From the NCBI GenBank assembly GCA_964016885.1, contig OZ024762.1, positions 28,706,001 through 28,770,000 on the forward strand: a DNA stretch of 64,000 nucleotides, written 5' to 3'. The DNA comes from Eledone cirrhosa (lineage: Eukaryota). A program made the position numbers and the translations under genes. The notes under the pieces were generated by a model. That model did no database searches. It worked only from the letters and a program-made list of their open reading frames with translations, and was not told the origin of the DNA. Below are positions 52,025 to 64,000 of the stretch, piece after piece; position 1 is the first letter of the stretch; each line of letters begins with the position of its first letter.

Positions 52025-52465
52025 ATTACCAACCCCAACAAACTCTGTCATTACGACTACTGTCCTTTTAGCCCTTACCAGCCCCAACAAACTCTGCCAT
52101 TACTACTACTGTCCTTCTAGCCCTTACCATCCCCAACAAACTCCGCCATTGCTACTACTGTCCTTCTAGCCCTTACTAGCCCCAACAAACTCTGCCATTA
52201 CTACTAGTCCTTCTAGACCTTACCAGCCCCAACAAACTCTGCCATTTCTACTACTGTCCTTCTAGCCCTTACTAGCCCCAACAAACTCTGCCATTTCTAC
52301 TACTGTCCTTCTGGCCCTTACTAGCCCCAACAAACTCTGCCATTACTACTACTGTCCTTCTAGCCCTTACCAGCCCCAACAAACTCTGCCATTACTACTA
52401 CTGCCCTTCTAGCCCTTACTAGCCCCAACAAACTCTGCCATTACTACTACTGTCCTACTAGCCCT
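52025..52465. repeat. 49-bp minisatellite, ~9 copies (3 copies in paralog 28944-29083)
   Basis: CTTACCAGCCCCAACAAACTCTGCCATTACTACTACTGTCCTTCTAGCC units. Confidence 0.9.
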
Positions 52466-54721
52466 GGACCAAAGAATTCTTGTTTACCGTTATCTATGGA
52501 AGAGCAAAGGATAAATGGAACAACCCCGAATAAATAAATGAATATGAATCCTCGAGTTACCAAGCACCCATGCAAACCTTTAATTCAGAGACAGGAAGCA
52601 TACACACTCCCCTGCAAAAATTCACCCTCTCCCACAAATGATGGCAAATGTCCAAAACTCTGAGTTGGCAGCATCAACATAAGTACAATGAAAGGAAGGT
52701 AAGGAGAAATTATAGACATGCTAGAGTGAAAGGATATTGACGTATGCTGTGTGCAAGAGACTAGGTGGAGAGGAGAGTCTGCTAGAGTCCTTGTAGGCAA
52801 AAGTCAGTGCTATAAATTTTTCTGGGTGGGAAATGACAATGGCATGGGTGGTGTAGGTATACTATTAGCTGACAAATGGGTAGATAAAGTAATAACAACA
52901 TGTATTGTTAACCAGGTAATACTAGAGGGTGTCATACCAAAGGATTGGTGCAGCAGTATCATTGTCAACTGCTACAAGGGTAAAGGCACTAGATAGAAGA
53001 AACTATAGAGGTATAAAGCTGATGGACCAGGTCATGAAAGTAATGGAAAGAGTCATAGCACATTTGATCAGGGACTGGGTAAAACTAGGTGAGATGCAGT
53101 TTGGGCTTGTGCCAGGAAAAAGCACCACTGACCAGTCCCTTACTTGTGATGCAGTTACAGGAAAAGTACCTAGCTAAAAGTAAGCTGCTCTACCTGGCTT
53201 TTGTCGATATGGAAAAAGCCTTCGACAGAGTGCCCCGTGTTATAAGCTGGTCGGCTCTTAGAAAACTAGGAGTAGATGAACGGCTTGTGAAAGCTGTACA
53301 AGCCATGTATAGGCGAGCAGTCAGCAAAGTTAGAGTTAACAATGACTATAGTGAGGAATTTAGAGTACAGGTCGGTGTCCACCAGGGCTCTGTTATTAGC
53401 CCTCTGCTGTTTATTATAGTATTGCAGGCTATAACACAGGAGTTTAAGACCGGATGCCCATAGGAACTCCTATGTGGATGATCTTACACTTATAGCTGAA
53501 TCTATGGCAGAACTAAAGAAACAAGCATCACCAAACTCTGGGAGAGCTCTGTAGAAACAGCTTTTGCTACCTAGGTAACCGAATAAGCAACGGAGATAGG
53601 TGTTCTGAAAGTACAGTAACCAGAGTAACAATGGGATAAAAGAAGTTTAGGGAGCTACTGCCACTGCTAGCTGCAAAAGGCTTTTCCCTCAAAATGAAAG
53701 GCAGACAGTATGATGCGTGCATTCGAACAGCAATGTTACATAGTAGTGAGACTTGCATAGATTAGAAAGAAACAAAGCTTGCATGCTCCGATGGATGTGT
53801 AATAGTAATATACGCGAAGAGCAAAGCATTAACAAATTGAGAGAGAGACTGAGCATAAGAGGAACCAAATGCTGTGTGCAGGAGAGGAGGTTGTGTTGAC
53901 CCCCGGGTACAAGCCGAAGCTGAAGCATATAGACAATATGCCCCCACCCCCACCCACTGTAGATTGGCCGTGGAGGTGTCACAACAAAAAGGCACCCATC
54001 ACTCACTGTGAGGTTGGTGTTAGGAAGGGCATCCAGCTGGAGATATCAAGCCAAAATCAGTTCCCATCTGAGCAAGACAAGGTCACCCTACCTGGCACTG
54101 CCCACAACAGGACAACCTGTCTATACTACCGTGGAAGAAGGGACGTAAAACAGTGATGATGATATACATATATATACACTGTGTACAGTATATATACACT
54201 ATATACAGTATATATTATACACTATATATGATGTCCAAGAGAAAGGCAATGGCCGATACAGCTTGGCACCAGTGACGTCACAACGTATATATATACACTA
54301 TGTACACTGTCTACAGTATATATACACTATATATATGTCCAAGAGAAAGGTTATGGCCGATACAGCTTGGTACCAGTGACATTACAACTCATTTCTACAG
54401 CTGGAGCAACGTGAAATAAAGTGTCTTGCTCAAGGACACAACACATCACCCGCTCCGAGAATCGAACTCACCACCTTTTAATAGTAAGCCCAATGCTCCA
54501 ACCACTAAGCCATGATACGTTCCAGAACCAACCGTGATATAGAGAGACCATAAAGACAACCGTTGTTTTCATTGTTTAACCCTTAAAATAACATGTGTTC
54601 ATAATTTGTCCCTTCCTTACGATATACACTTTAATAACATTGAAACTTATTTAATAAGTTTAAAATTTAAACACTTTTTATTCAGACGGACCACGATAAG
54701 AAACTAGATATGTTCTAACGA

Positions 54722-55860
54722 AAATATTAACAGAGAAAATTAGAAAATAGAAAAATATTGTTGCGAAACAGTTTTTAACAACAGAAAAAAAATTTCTTGA
54801 AAAAATATATTGCTGCGATATACAGTATTTCTTTTACAGCAATATTTTTCTACATGAAATCCCTGATCGTACTGCTGAGACTGCTGCCTCTCATTGAAAG
54901 GCACTGTGCAAATGGATCGATGATCCATACAGATGAGTGGCGGGCATACAATCAAATACAAAATTTGCCTGGTCGTTATACACATCTGACTGTCAATCAT
55001 TCGCAGCACATAGCTTAGTGGTTAGAGCATTGGCCTTGCAATCGAAAGATTGTGAGTTCAATTCTCAGACCGGGTGATGTGTTGTGTCCTTGAGCAAGAC
55101 ACTTTATTTCAAATTGCTCCAGTTTACTCAGCTGTAGAAATGAGATGATAAGGACTGGGAGTCCATATCATTCCACTGTAGAGTGGTCGTGGAGGTGCCA
55201 CGGCAAAAAAAGCACCCAGCCCACACTGTAAAGTGGACGTGGAGGCGCCACGGAAAAAAAGCACCCAGCACTCACTGTAAATGAGGTTGGTGTTAGGAAG
55301 GGCATCCAGCTGTAGAAATCAAGCCAGAATCAGTTCCTGTCCCACTCTTGCAAGCAGGGAAAAGCGGACGTAAAATGATATGAAATGATAAATTTCGTTG
55401 ATCCCATATCAAGTACACACACGCAAAATATTGAGGGGATGTGGTCTCATACCAAAAAAAAAAACTGAAACGCATCAGCCGACCACTATTTTAGTCGTAT
55501 TTAAGGGAGTTGAGTGACGATGGCGCAATGCCACGTATCCAACTGGTGAAGGTAAATGTTTCGAAACAATGTTAAACTGTATATCGCAACAATATAGTTA
55601 AAGAAATTTTTTTTCTGTTGTTAAAAATGTAAAAATGAAACAGTTTTTCTGTGAAAAACTGTAAATAAATATTTATTTTGTTAAAAAAATAAATCAAAAA
55701 TCTAATTTTCTCTGTTAATATTTTAATAAATATTTATTATAAAAATTCAATGTTTTCCGTGTAAAAATGACGCCGCAGCTGATGACGTTCGTGTAAGTGG
55801 GTGGAGCTAATAACTGATAGTCGATGATGATCATTTAGGACACTAAAATCAAGTATCGCC
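54722..55860 (+). mobile_element. Second Merlin/ISXO2 remnant, interrupted by a SINE
   Basis: LLPLIERHCANGSMIHTDEWRAY..YTHLTVNHS | SINE | NFVDP..HTQNIEGMWS; 54722-54825 inverts 55576-55723; ends ...TATCGCC. Confidence 0.8.
55008..55385 (+). mobile_element. Full-length tRNA-headed SINE with RTE-type tail
   Basis: A-box TAGCTTAGTGG, B-box GAGTTCAATTC; tail CTTGCAAGCAGGGAAAAGCGGACGTAAAATGAT matches the RTE end at 60741-60773. Confidence 0.85.
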
Positions 55861-55936
55861 AAATATCACATCAACATTTCAGTTTGGAAGTTTTATTTCT
55901 ATATATAAAAGTGGAGGAAGAAATATATTTTTCTAA

Positions 55937-56116
55937 TGTTATATATATTTTCACTTGTATATAATTACTAGATCGTTGTAGGGTTCACATAATTATATTA
56001 TTTACATACATTAATATAGACATTAAGTAAATCTTTATCAACTTACCTCCTTCAGATATAATCAATGTGTTGTGTTGTTAGGTTTTACTAAATAACCAAA
56101 GAAATAATCTCTTTGT
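55937..56116 (-). promoter_or_regulatory. Putative non-coding first exon and donor of ZNF2 (intron 45710-56046)
   Basis: GAAGGAG|GTAAGT on the minus strand; paralog of 31940-32120. Confidence 0.5.
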
Positions 56117-56695
56117 TATCAAATTAGAAGTTTCAAAGATGTTATCAGCTTTATTTAACGTTGGTGTATCTTCTTCATCTTTAGTCATAAATTGATATCT
56201 TGTCAGAATGAAGTAGTGAGGCTGACTTTATGTCTTTAGCTACAGATTTGATAGGAAATATATATATATTAGGTTGATATGAGGTCTAAAATATATATAT
56301 TGTCTATAAATGACTGATAGCAGATGTCCTGGTGAAATAGTAGTTTTACTACTACAGATTGTAATGGAATTCTTAGTAGACACAATTGTAAAGTAAGAAT
56401 AGATATGACATGTCGGGGAAAGAAAATTGTGTGTATATATATATAATTGTTAGACAAGATATAATTAGATTAATTAAAGTTATATGAAAACAGCAGGTAG
56501 TCGGTGTCGTTGGGAATGTTTCAACTCTCGTACCGGTGTCGTACGTTAAAGGTCCCTGATATAATTTAATACCTTCAGACGCCAGTTCCAATCGTATTTA
56601 ATTGATTATAAATCAGAAAGTATCACTCAGTAAAGAGAACCTCTGCGTAGTCTCACTGACTGCTAGAAACAGCAGCGATATTATCCAATACAACT

Positions 56696-56752
<57 letters not shown>

Positions 56753-56876
56753 GCATACGTTAAGAATAACGTTCGTGAAAGTGAAAGTAAATTTTCTGAC
56801 AAGTGAATTTGTTTTTTGTTTTTTTTTTACAATGAAAGTTACGATACACACGCAATTGTATGGATTTCTTAAAATA

Positions 56877-58180
56877 CAGTGCCCCGCAAAAGTTTACAAC
56901 ACATTAGAAAAAATGTGGTTTTAGGTATTTTTAATAAAGTTAGGGTAATGAAAATTTAACTACCGATAGAACATATAATGAGGCATTTAATGATACAATC
57001 ATAGTTTTAAAAAAATAACAAGGAAATAACTCATGAAGAAAAATCAATATTTTTTATAACGCTAAAGTTTACAACACATTTATTAAATCATCTCTTAATA
57101 TTTCGTAGCGTAACCTTTGTTGCTAATTACAGCCTGTAGGGCGTTTGGAGTAGCCTCCTACAAACTTATTGCAGGTTTCTTGGCTAATATTTATCCATTC
57201 TTCACAACAAATTTTCTTTAGTTCAGGGATATTTTGGGGTTTCCTTTTTTGAATTCTCTCCACAAATTTTCGATCGGGTTAAGATCTGGAGACTGACTTG
57301 GCCATTTTAGAACATTTATTCCATTCGTACTTAACCAAGATTGTGTTAGCTTTGCAGTATGCTTTGGATTGTTATCTTGTTGAAAAAACCAACCTGGCTT
57401 TAAGCTGAGAAAATGTGCACTTTGATGTAAATTCCTTTGGAAAATACCTCTATAATAAGTGCCACCCATTCTTCCTTCTATTATTTCAATATTTCCTACT
57501 CCTGTGGCACTAAAGCAACCCCAGACCATGATTGATCCACCTCCAAATTTTACAGTTGGAATAGTATTCTTCAGCGAATATTCAGTACCTTTCTTTCTCC
57601 AGACTTTTGCCACAGCATTTCGACCAAAAAGTTCAATTTTTGTTTCGTCCGACTAAAGTACATCTTCCCAAAATGACGCAGGTTTGATGAGATGCTCATT
57701 TGCAAAGTTTAATCGACGAAGAACGCGTTTCCTCGTAAGAAGTGGTGTTTTCCTTGGAAACCTCGAGAAGATATTATATCGACGAAGTGAACGACTAATT
57801 GTATCTGTGCTCACTTTTACTCCACTTTCTTCTAGGTCATCCTGAAGATTTTTAAGAGTACACCGGGGTTCGTTGCCAACCTTTCTCGTCAATAACCGAG
57901 CTGCACGTTCCCTTATCTTTCTAGGACAACCAGAACTAATTAGAGGACAGATGGAATGATGATATTTCCAGTGACGAATTATTGTACCAACTGAACTCAA
58001 TGGCACATTTAACTGACAAGATATCTTTCTATAACCAACACCATTTGTATGAAGGTCTACAATGCGTTTACAGAGGTCTTGATCAATCAGTTTATTTTTC
58101 CCCATATTGTCCATGTTTACAGGACGGTTGTCAATGTTTACAGGATGGTTGTCAGACAAATAATGATGTAATGTTTTTAA
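56877..58180 (-). mobile_element. Tc1-family (DD34E) transposon with pseudogenised transposase 57095-58105 and one TIR
   Basis: HTH N-terminus, L*SDETK, GGGSIMVWG, FQQDNNPKH, WPSQSPDLNPIENLW, ..GYATKY*; TA|CAGTG end with AAAGTTTACAACACATT direct repeat at ~56889 and ~57064. Confidence 0.92.
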
Positions 58181-58219
58181 TATTAACAAATGGAAACTAT
58201 ATTTATAAAACCATATTTG

Positions 58220-58281
58220 TTTCATTATACATATTTCAAGGGCCACCAAGGCAGATTATGGTGTGCTTTCATCAGATAAAA
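58220..58281 (-). ncRNA. Type I hammerhead ribozyme (paralog ~36910-36960 has a 14-bp deletion)
   Basis: Minus strand ttttat CTGATGA aagcacacca taatctgcct tggtggccctt GAAA tatgta TA atgaaa. Confidence 0.72.
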
Positions 58282-59498
58282 TATAATATAGATTAGTTTT
58301 ATAAATAAATATTGACATACCCTGAAAAATGCAACCTTCACGGTTGGAGTCTCCCGGATATTAGATTTATTGTTGGTTTATTATGCAAATTAGTGTCGGA
58401 AAAGTTTAAATAACAGTATATTTAAATTACGCCGTTGGAAGAGGGAAAAGAGAAAAAGAAATAGAAAAAGAAAGAGAAAGAGAAACAACATGAGTATATT
58501 TAAGTGAGAGAGAATATTAGTTATAAGGACAGTAATAGCGTAATTATTGTTTACGTTATGAGAGAAGAAACGAAGAAATGAATATATCGTAGATGAATAA
58601 TAGCCGGATTCATTATAATGATAGGTTGAAGAATTTTATCTAGGGTTTAATTAATAAATTTGATTAAATGTTTAATTAATAATTTATCAATTCAATCAGT
58701 AGTTTAAATGTGTATGTTAAAAAAACTTTTATATATATTTATATATACTATTAAAAAATATACTATTATTACAAAACCATGGCAGAATCGGTGGAGGGTT
58801 GGACATGCTTTCCAGCATAGTTACGTCCCTTTACGATCTGAGTTCAAATCCTGCTGAGGTTAACTTTGTCTTTCATCCTTACGGGGTCGATAAAACAAAG
58901 TACCAGTAATGTACTGGTTAATTGTTGGCCTTGTGCCTAAAATAGAAACAATTATTATAATAAGATATATATTGTGATCATTAATTATTTTAAAATTATT
59001 AAAAAATTGTAGGTTTAAAGTATCCGAACAATTCTAAACCGATGGAAATTCAGAGAGTTTTACAGAAGAATAATCCCTTATTTGTATTATAATAGCAATA
59101 CAGAGTGAATGAAAATTGTTAGTGATTTATTAATAATTCAGGTAACTCTAAGGATTAAATGCTATAAGGTTAAGAGGTTAAAAATTTAAATTTTCCATCT
59201 TAATAATGTAATTAGAGTATGAATCTTATGTTATTTTATAGTAAGTTATAAATTTATAAATTCATAATTTTAGCTGTCATACAGTTATAACTGTTAAAAC
59301 ATAAATTTGCTTGTTATAACGTCATAACATATAGAAATTATAATATTTAAAATTTTCATAGGATTATATCCAAAGCATAAAGCATAAAAAACTCTTTCAT
59401 AAGAGTATATTTATAGAATATATTTAAAGTATAAATTTTAGGTTATACCATATACATCAAAATCACCATGTTTATCTCATATATATATAAATATTTAT

Positions 59499-60790
59499 AA
59501 TAAGCCACTATACTTAGCCTTTGTTGACCTAGAGAAGGCCTTTGATAGGGTACCCCGATCTGTCATCTGGTGGTCCCTAAGGAAGCTATGTGTTGAGGAA
59601 TGGCTTGTGAGGACAGTGCAAACTTTGTACAGAGGTACTCTCAGTAAAGTCAGGGTAGGAATGGAGTTTAGCGAGGAATTCCAGATAAAAGTAGGAGTAC
59701 ATCAGGGTTCGGTCCTCAGCCCGCTCTTGTTCATTATAGTCCTCCAAGCCATAACAGAGGAGTTTAAGACTGGCTGTCCATGGGAACTTCTCTATGCTGA
59801 TGATCTGGTTCTTATAGCAGAATCAGTAGAGGAGCTAGAGAATAAATTCTGGCTATGGAAACAGCAGTTGGAAGCAAGAGGACTGAGGGTGAATCTAGCT
59901 AAGACAAAAGTGTTGATGAGTAGAAAAGAGGCCAAAACCCTGATTCCGTCAGGGAAATGGCCATGTTCGATATGCAGAAAAGGAACTGGCATAAATTCTA
60001 TAAAATGCACACAATGCAGATCCTGGGTACACAAGAGATGTAGCGGGATAGGCAAACTAACAGGTAGGGAGAAATATGTATGCAGTAGATGTACAGGGAA
60101 ATTAGACAGTAGAAGTCGCACTGATAGACACATTTTTCAAATGCAAGAGGGCGCTATAGAAGTGGTGGATAGCTTCCGGTACCTAGGAGATCAGATTAGC
60201 ATGGGAGGAGGGTGTTCTGAGGCCATAGTATCTAGAATAAGGACGGGTTGGAAGAAATTTAGGGAGCTGCTTCCTCTGTTGACGAAGAAGAGTTTCTCCC
60301 TGCGTACGAAAGGCCGGTTGTATGATGCCTGTGTGAGGAGCGCGATGCTGCATGGTAGCGAGACATGGGCAGCAACTGCAGAGGATATGCGACGGCTGGA
60401 GAGAAATGAGGCAAGCATGCTCCGTTGGATGTGCAGTGTAAATGTGCGTGAACGACCCAGCATAAATGTGTTGAGAGAGAAACTGTGTCTGAGAGGGATA
60501 GAATGTAGTGTACGGGAGAGGAGACTGAGGTGGTATGGACATGTGATGCGCATGGAGGATGACCGATGGGTGAAGAAGTGCCAGGAAATGCCAGTTGAAG
60601 GAAGACGTGGTAGAGGTAGACCACAAAAAACATGGGCGGAGGTGGTGAGAACAGACCTCAGATCATTGAAGCTCACGGTGGAGATGACGAGGGACCGTGA
60701 CGAGTGGAGAGATGCTGTGCTGAATAAGACCCGTCCCACCCTTGCAAGCAGGGAAAAGCGGACGTAAAATGATGATGATGATGATGATGA
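59499..60790 (+). mobile_element. Young 5'-truncated RTE LINE with uninterrupted RT to C-terminus frame (to 60767)
   Basis: PLYLAFVDLEKAFD, GVHQGSVLSP, YADD, FRYLG, RRLRWYGHV; (GAT)n tail; absent from paralogous site ~39045. Confidence 0.93.
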
Positions 60791-61869
60791 TATATATAGA
60801 TATATATTAAGCATTTGAAAAATATAAGAATATAGAAATATAAAATACACAATATAAAATATGAATTATAATGAATTAAAAAAATATAAGAATATATAAA
60901 TATAAAATACACAGTATAAAATATGAATAATAATTTTCTTATACCCATCAGAGGAATTTTCAAAAAATTTTCTTTAAATCTTTCAAGAAAAACTTCCAAG
61001 AAAAAAATGTTTCTTTAAGAGAGTTATAAGCAGTCACATGAAGGAATCTAATGATTTTTTCGATAGGTGTAATAAAGATGAGTTATGTATTACATTTTAT
61101 ATATATATATTTAAACGTTGAATTCAACCGATGTTTACAAGAACTGAAAAGATTATTCCTTAAATTAACAGAATTTTTACTTTTTAATATAAAGAATATT
61201 TCTTCTATACAAAGAGCACAATTTTCAGATGAAGCATTGAATGGAGGAGCTTTGGAGATAATATTCATATATATATATATATATATGGGTATGTATGAGT
61301 GTGTATGTGTGTTTGCATGTATGTATGGTGTGTATATGTGTACATAGGGTTTTGGTATATGTACGTTTGGTGAATATGTGTATTTACCTGTAGGTATGTG
61401 TGAGTGTGCGTTCTATATGCATTTATGCCTATAGAACGCACACAAACATATATTTATACGTGTATTTGGCGTATACGTTCGTACGTGTGCGGGTATATGT
61501 GTCGCGCCGGTTTATGTCCCAGTGCACGTGTTTATGTGTACGTGCATGTATATGCATGCATGGTGTGTGTTTCCGCATATGCACGTGTATAGATGTGTGT
61601 ATGTATATATTTAATTATTATTACTTTTATGATTTTAATAACCTCTGTCATTTTCATTCAATTAATTTATTTACATTATTCTGAACTCCGAAGCCGAGAA
61701 TCATTCAGTTTCCTAAATAGAATATTAGTCTACGACTCCATTTATACCATAAACGTGGTTTTGTCTTTACGTGTAATTGTTGTCACCTCTCCACATAACG
61801 ACGTATTAACTTCGCTTTTTTCCGTTCATTGCCAGGGAACGTCTTCACGAATCAAAGCAAATTATTTTC

Positions 61870-61900
<31 letters not shown>

Positions 61901-64000
61901 CATATATCTCAAGGGCAGTGCCCCAGCATGGCCTCATCCAGATGGCTGGAACAGGTATAAGAATAAAGGAATATAATATATATGTGTGTATTCATATATT
62001 GTATTTATCCTCATCACAAGTTAAACTTCATTTTACATGCTAGCATGGGTCAGACGAGTTATCCTGTTGTGTGAAAACCTAGATCAAATAACCGTGTCTT
62101 GCTCATGCTAGAACCATTTCTGGTTGGTTTCTATGGCTGGATGCCCTTCCTAACTCCAACCACATTTACAGGGAGGACTTGGTATTTATTGTTGTGTTGT
62201 TAACATGACCAACCTACAGGGTGGACTCGGTACTTTTGTTGTGTCATCATCATGACAACCACCAGCTAACAGAGCAGACTTGGTGCTCTTTGTCATGTCA
62301 CCAATTTGACCACTTTGAAGGGTGGTTCGGGTCCCTTCAGTCTTGCCACTAGCATGACCATTTTACAGGGTGGGCTAGGGGCCTCCTGTCATGTCTACAT
62401 CACTGGGTGAACTGGGTGCTTATTTGTCATGTCACCAGCATAACTACCTTGCAGGGAGGGTTAGGTGCTCTTTTGTCATATTACCTAACAGAGAGGACTC
62501 TGTGTTCTTTTGTCATGACACCTGCATGACCACCTTACAGGGTTGCCTGAGGGTTTAGCCATTTCAGTCGTATTGGAGGAGAGCATGTTAAGCTTTCCAT
62601 ACTTGTATACATGGGTTGGTCAAGAGAGGTGTATCAGATGTGAAAGTGGGGGTGGGGTTATGTGTATGTAGGGTGGGGATTGGAGCGGTAGGTCAGGGTG
62701 GTGTACTTAGCTGGTAAGGGGGTGGTGTGTTAAGACGTGGGGAGGAGGAAAATTAGAGCATACTTCAAACCACTATATGCTGCTTCATCCCGTGCACATT
62801 GGAATGCAGGTCTGCTGCAGTACTGTATAACGCCAGAGATTTGAATCCTCTTGTGATATCACCTTTGAGAGATACAATGGTGTCAGGTCAATTTTTTACC
62901 TCCTCATCCCAAGCTTTCCTAGGTCTTCCTCTTCCATCAATTTCAAGCGGTCAACCTTTTATACAGCATCTCTACCTTCATACACATCACATGTCCATAA
63001 CACAGCAATCTCTTCTCCTGCATACTGTATCTTATCCCTCTCAGTTTAGTTATACTTTCCCCATCATGTATATTCATAGGACACATCCATTGGAGAATTC
63101 AAGCTTTATTTCTATCCAATCTTGAGGTCCTCGCTGCAATGCAGTATTGCTGTTCATATGCACACATCAATTTGGTGAAACAACCTTTTGTAGCTAGCAG
63201 TAGTAGTAGCATCATAAACCTCTGCCATCTTGTTCTTACTCTTGTTTCTGTACTTTCAGAACACCTACCTCTGTTAATTTGGTAACAGAAACTGTCAACT
63301 GCTTCTATGGAACCCTTTAAATATATGATAGAGCTTGTCTCCTAAAAGCAATTGCTTCTTACTGTTCCAGTGCAATGACCCCAGGTGAAACCTACTTTCT
63401 TAACTAACTTATCTTGTACCCCACTAAATCTCTTGTGGACCCATAGTCTATTTAGTGTAAATAATGTTTCTTACACATAACATGTATGTGTGACCACTGG
63501 TTTCTGAGTACACTTATGGCCACCACTGTTTAATGGGGGGAGGCACTTCCAAACAGACCCTTCATTAGGCATGCTGAAAATATATTAAAAGGAAGTTCTT
63601 TCCTCCAACAATTTTCACCCCAAACAGAGGAGAGTTTCATATTGTCAAAAAGGGAGGTAAATCTTTAGCAGTGTAATTGTCAGGCTTAATTATATATGAA
63701 ATTAGATACACATAGAAGTGGTTGATAGCTTTTGCAATCTAGGTGACTTAATAAGCAGTGGAGGGGGCTGCTCTGAAAGATGAATAGTTAGAATAAGGAT
63801 AGGATGGAAAAAGTTTAGAGAGCTACTGCAACAGTTGACCACAAAAGGTTTCTCTCTCTGTACAAAAGGTCAACTGTATGACACATGTGGGTGATGTGCA
63901 ATGATGAATGGTAACAAAACAAGGGTCTGACTGCAGAGGATATGTAGACAGGAGAGGAATGAAACAACCATGCTTTGTAGGTCATGTTATGTAAGTGTGA

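Noticed and set aside
55008-55075. tRNA gene (also ~31040-31107)
   Set aside because: A/B boxes continue directly into SINE body; no convincing cloverleaf or terminator

Overview
AT-rich, repeat-dense eukaryotic DNA, most likely from a coleoid cephalopod (octopod-like; inferred from the [16 protein letters not shown]-type C2H2 arrays, RTE LINEs with (GAT)n tails and their tRNA-derived SINEs). The core is a tandem segmental duplication (unit 1 ~23942-42606; unit 2 42607 to beyond the window end). Each unit carries one minus-strand C2H2 zinc-finger gene (12 vs 23 fingers), a long foldback just 3' of the gene, and a putative non-coding first exon 6-10 kb upstream. The rest is layered transposons: RTE LINEs (with a PHD-like Cys/His finger inside ORF2), Penelope-like elements (one near-complete RT + GIY-YIG ORF, several truncated or non-coding derivatives with inverted pLTRs), Helitrons, Merlin/ISXO2 and Tc1 remnants, MITEs, SINEs, a solo LTR and minisatellites. 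The strongest signal not shown by the ORF track is a dense set of type I hammerhead ribozyme motifs (about 10 intact-looking copies from about 7 sequence families), some in ORF-less inverted-repeat elements, with a shared ACTC..GAGT tail motif in four of them. All calls were made by eye; boundaries are approximate and no database searches were run.
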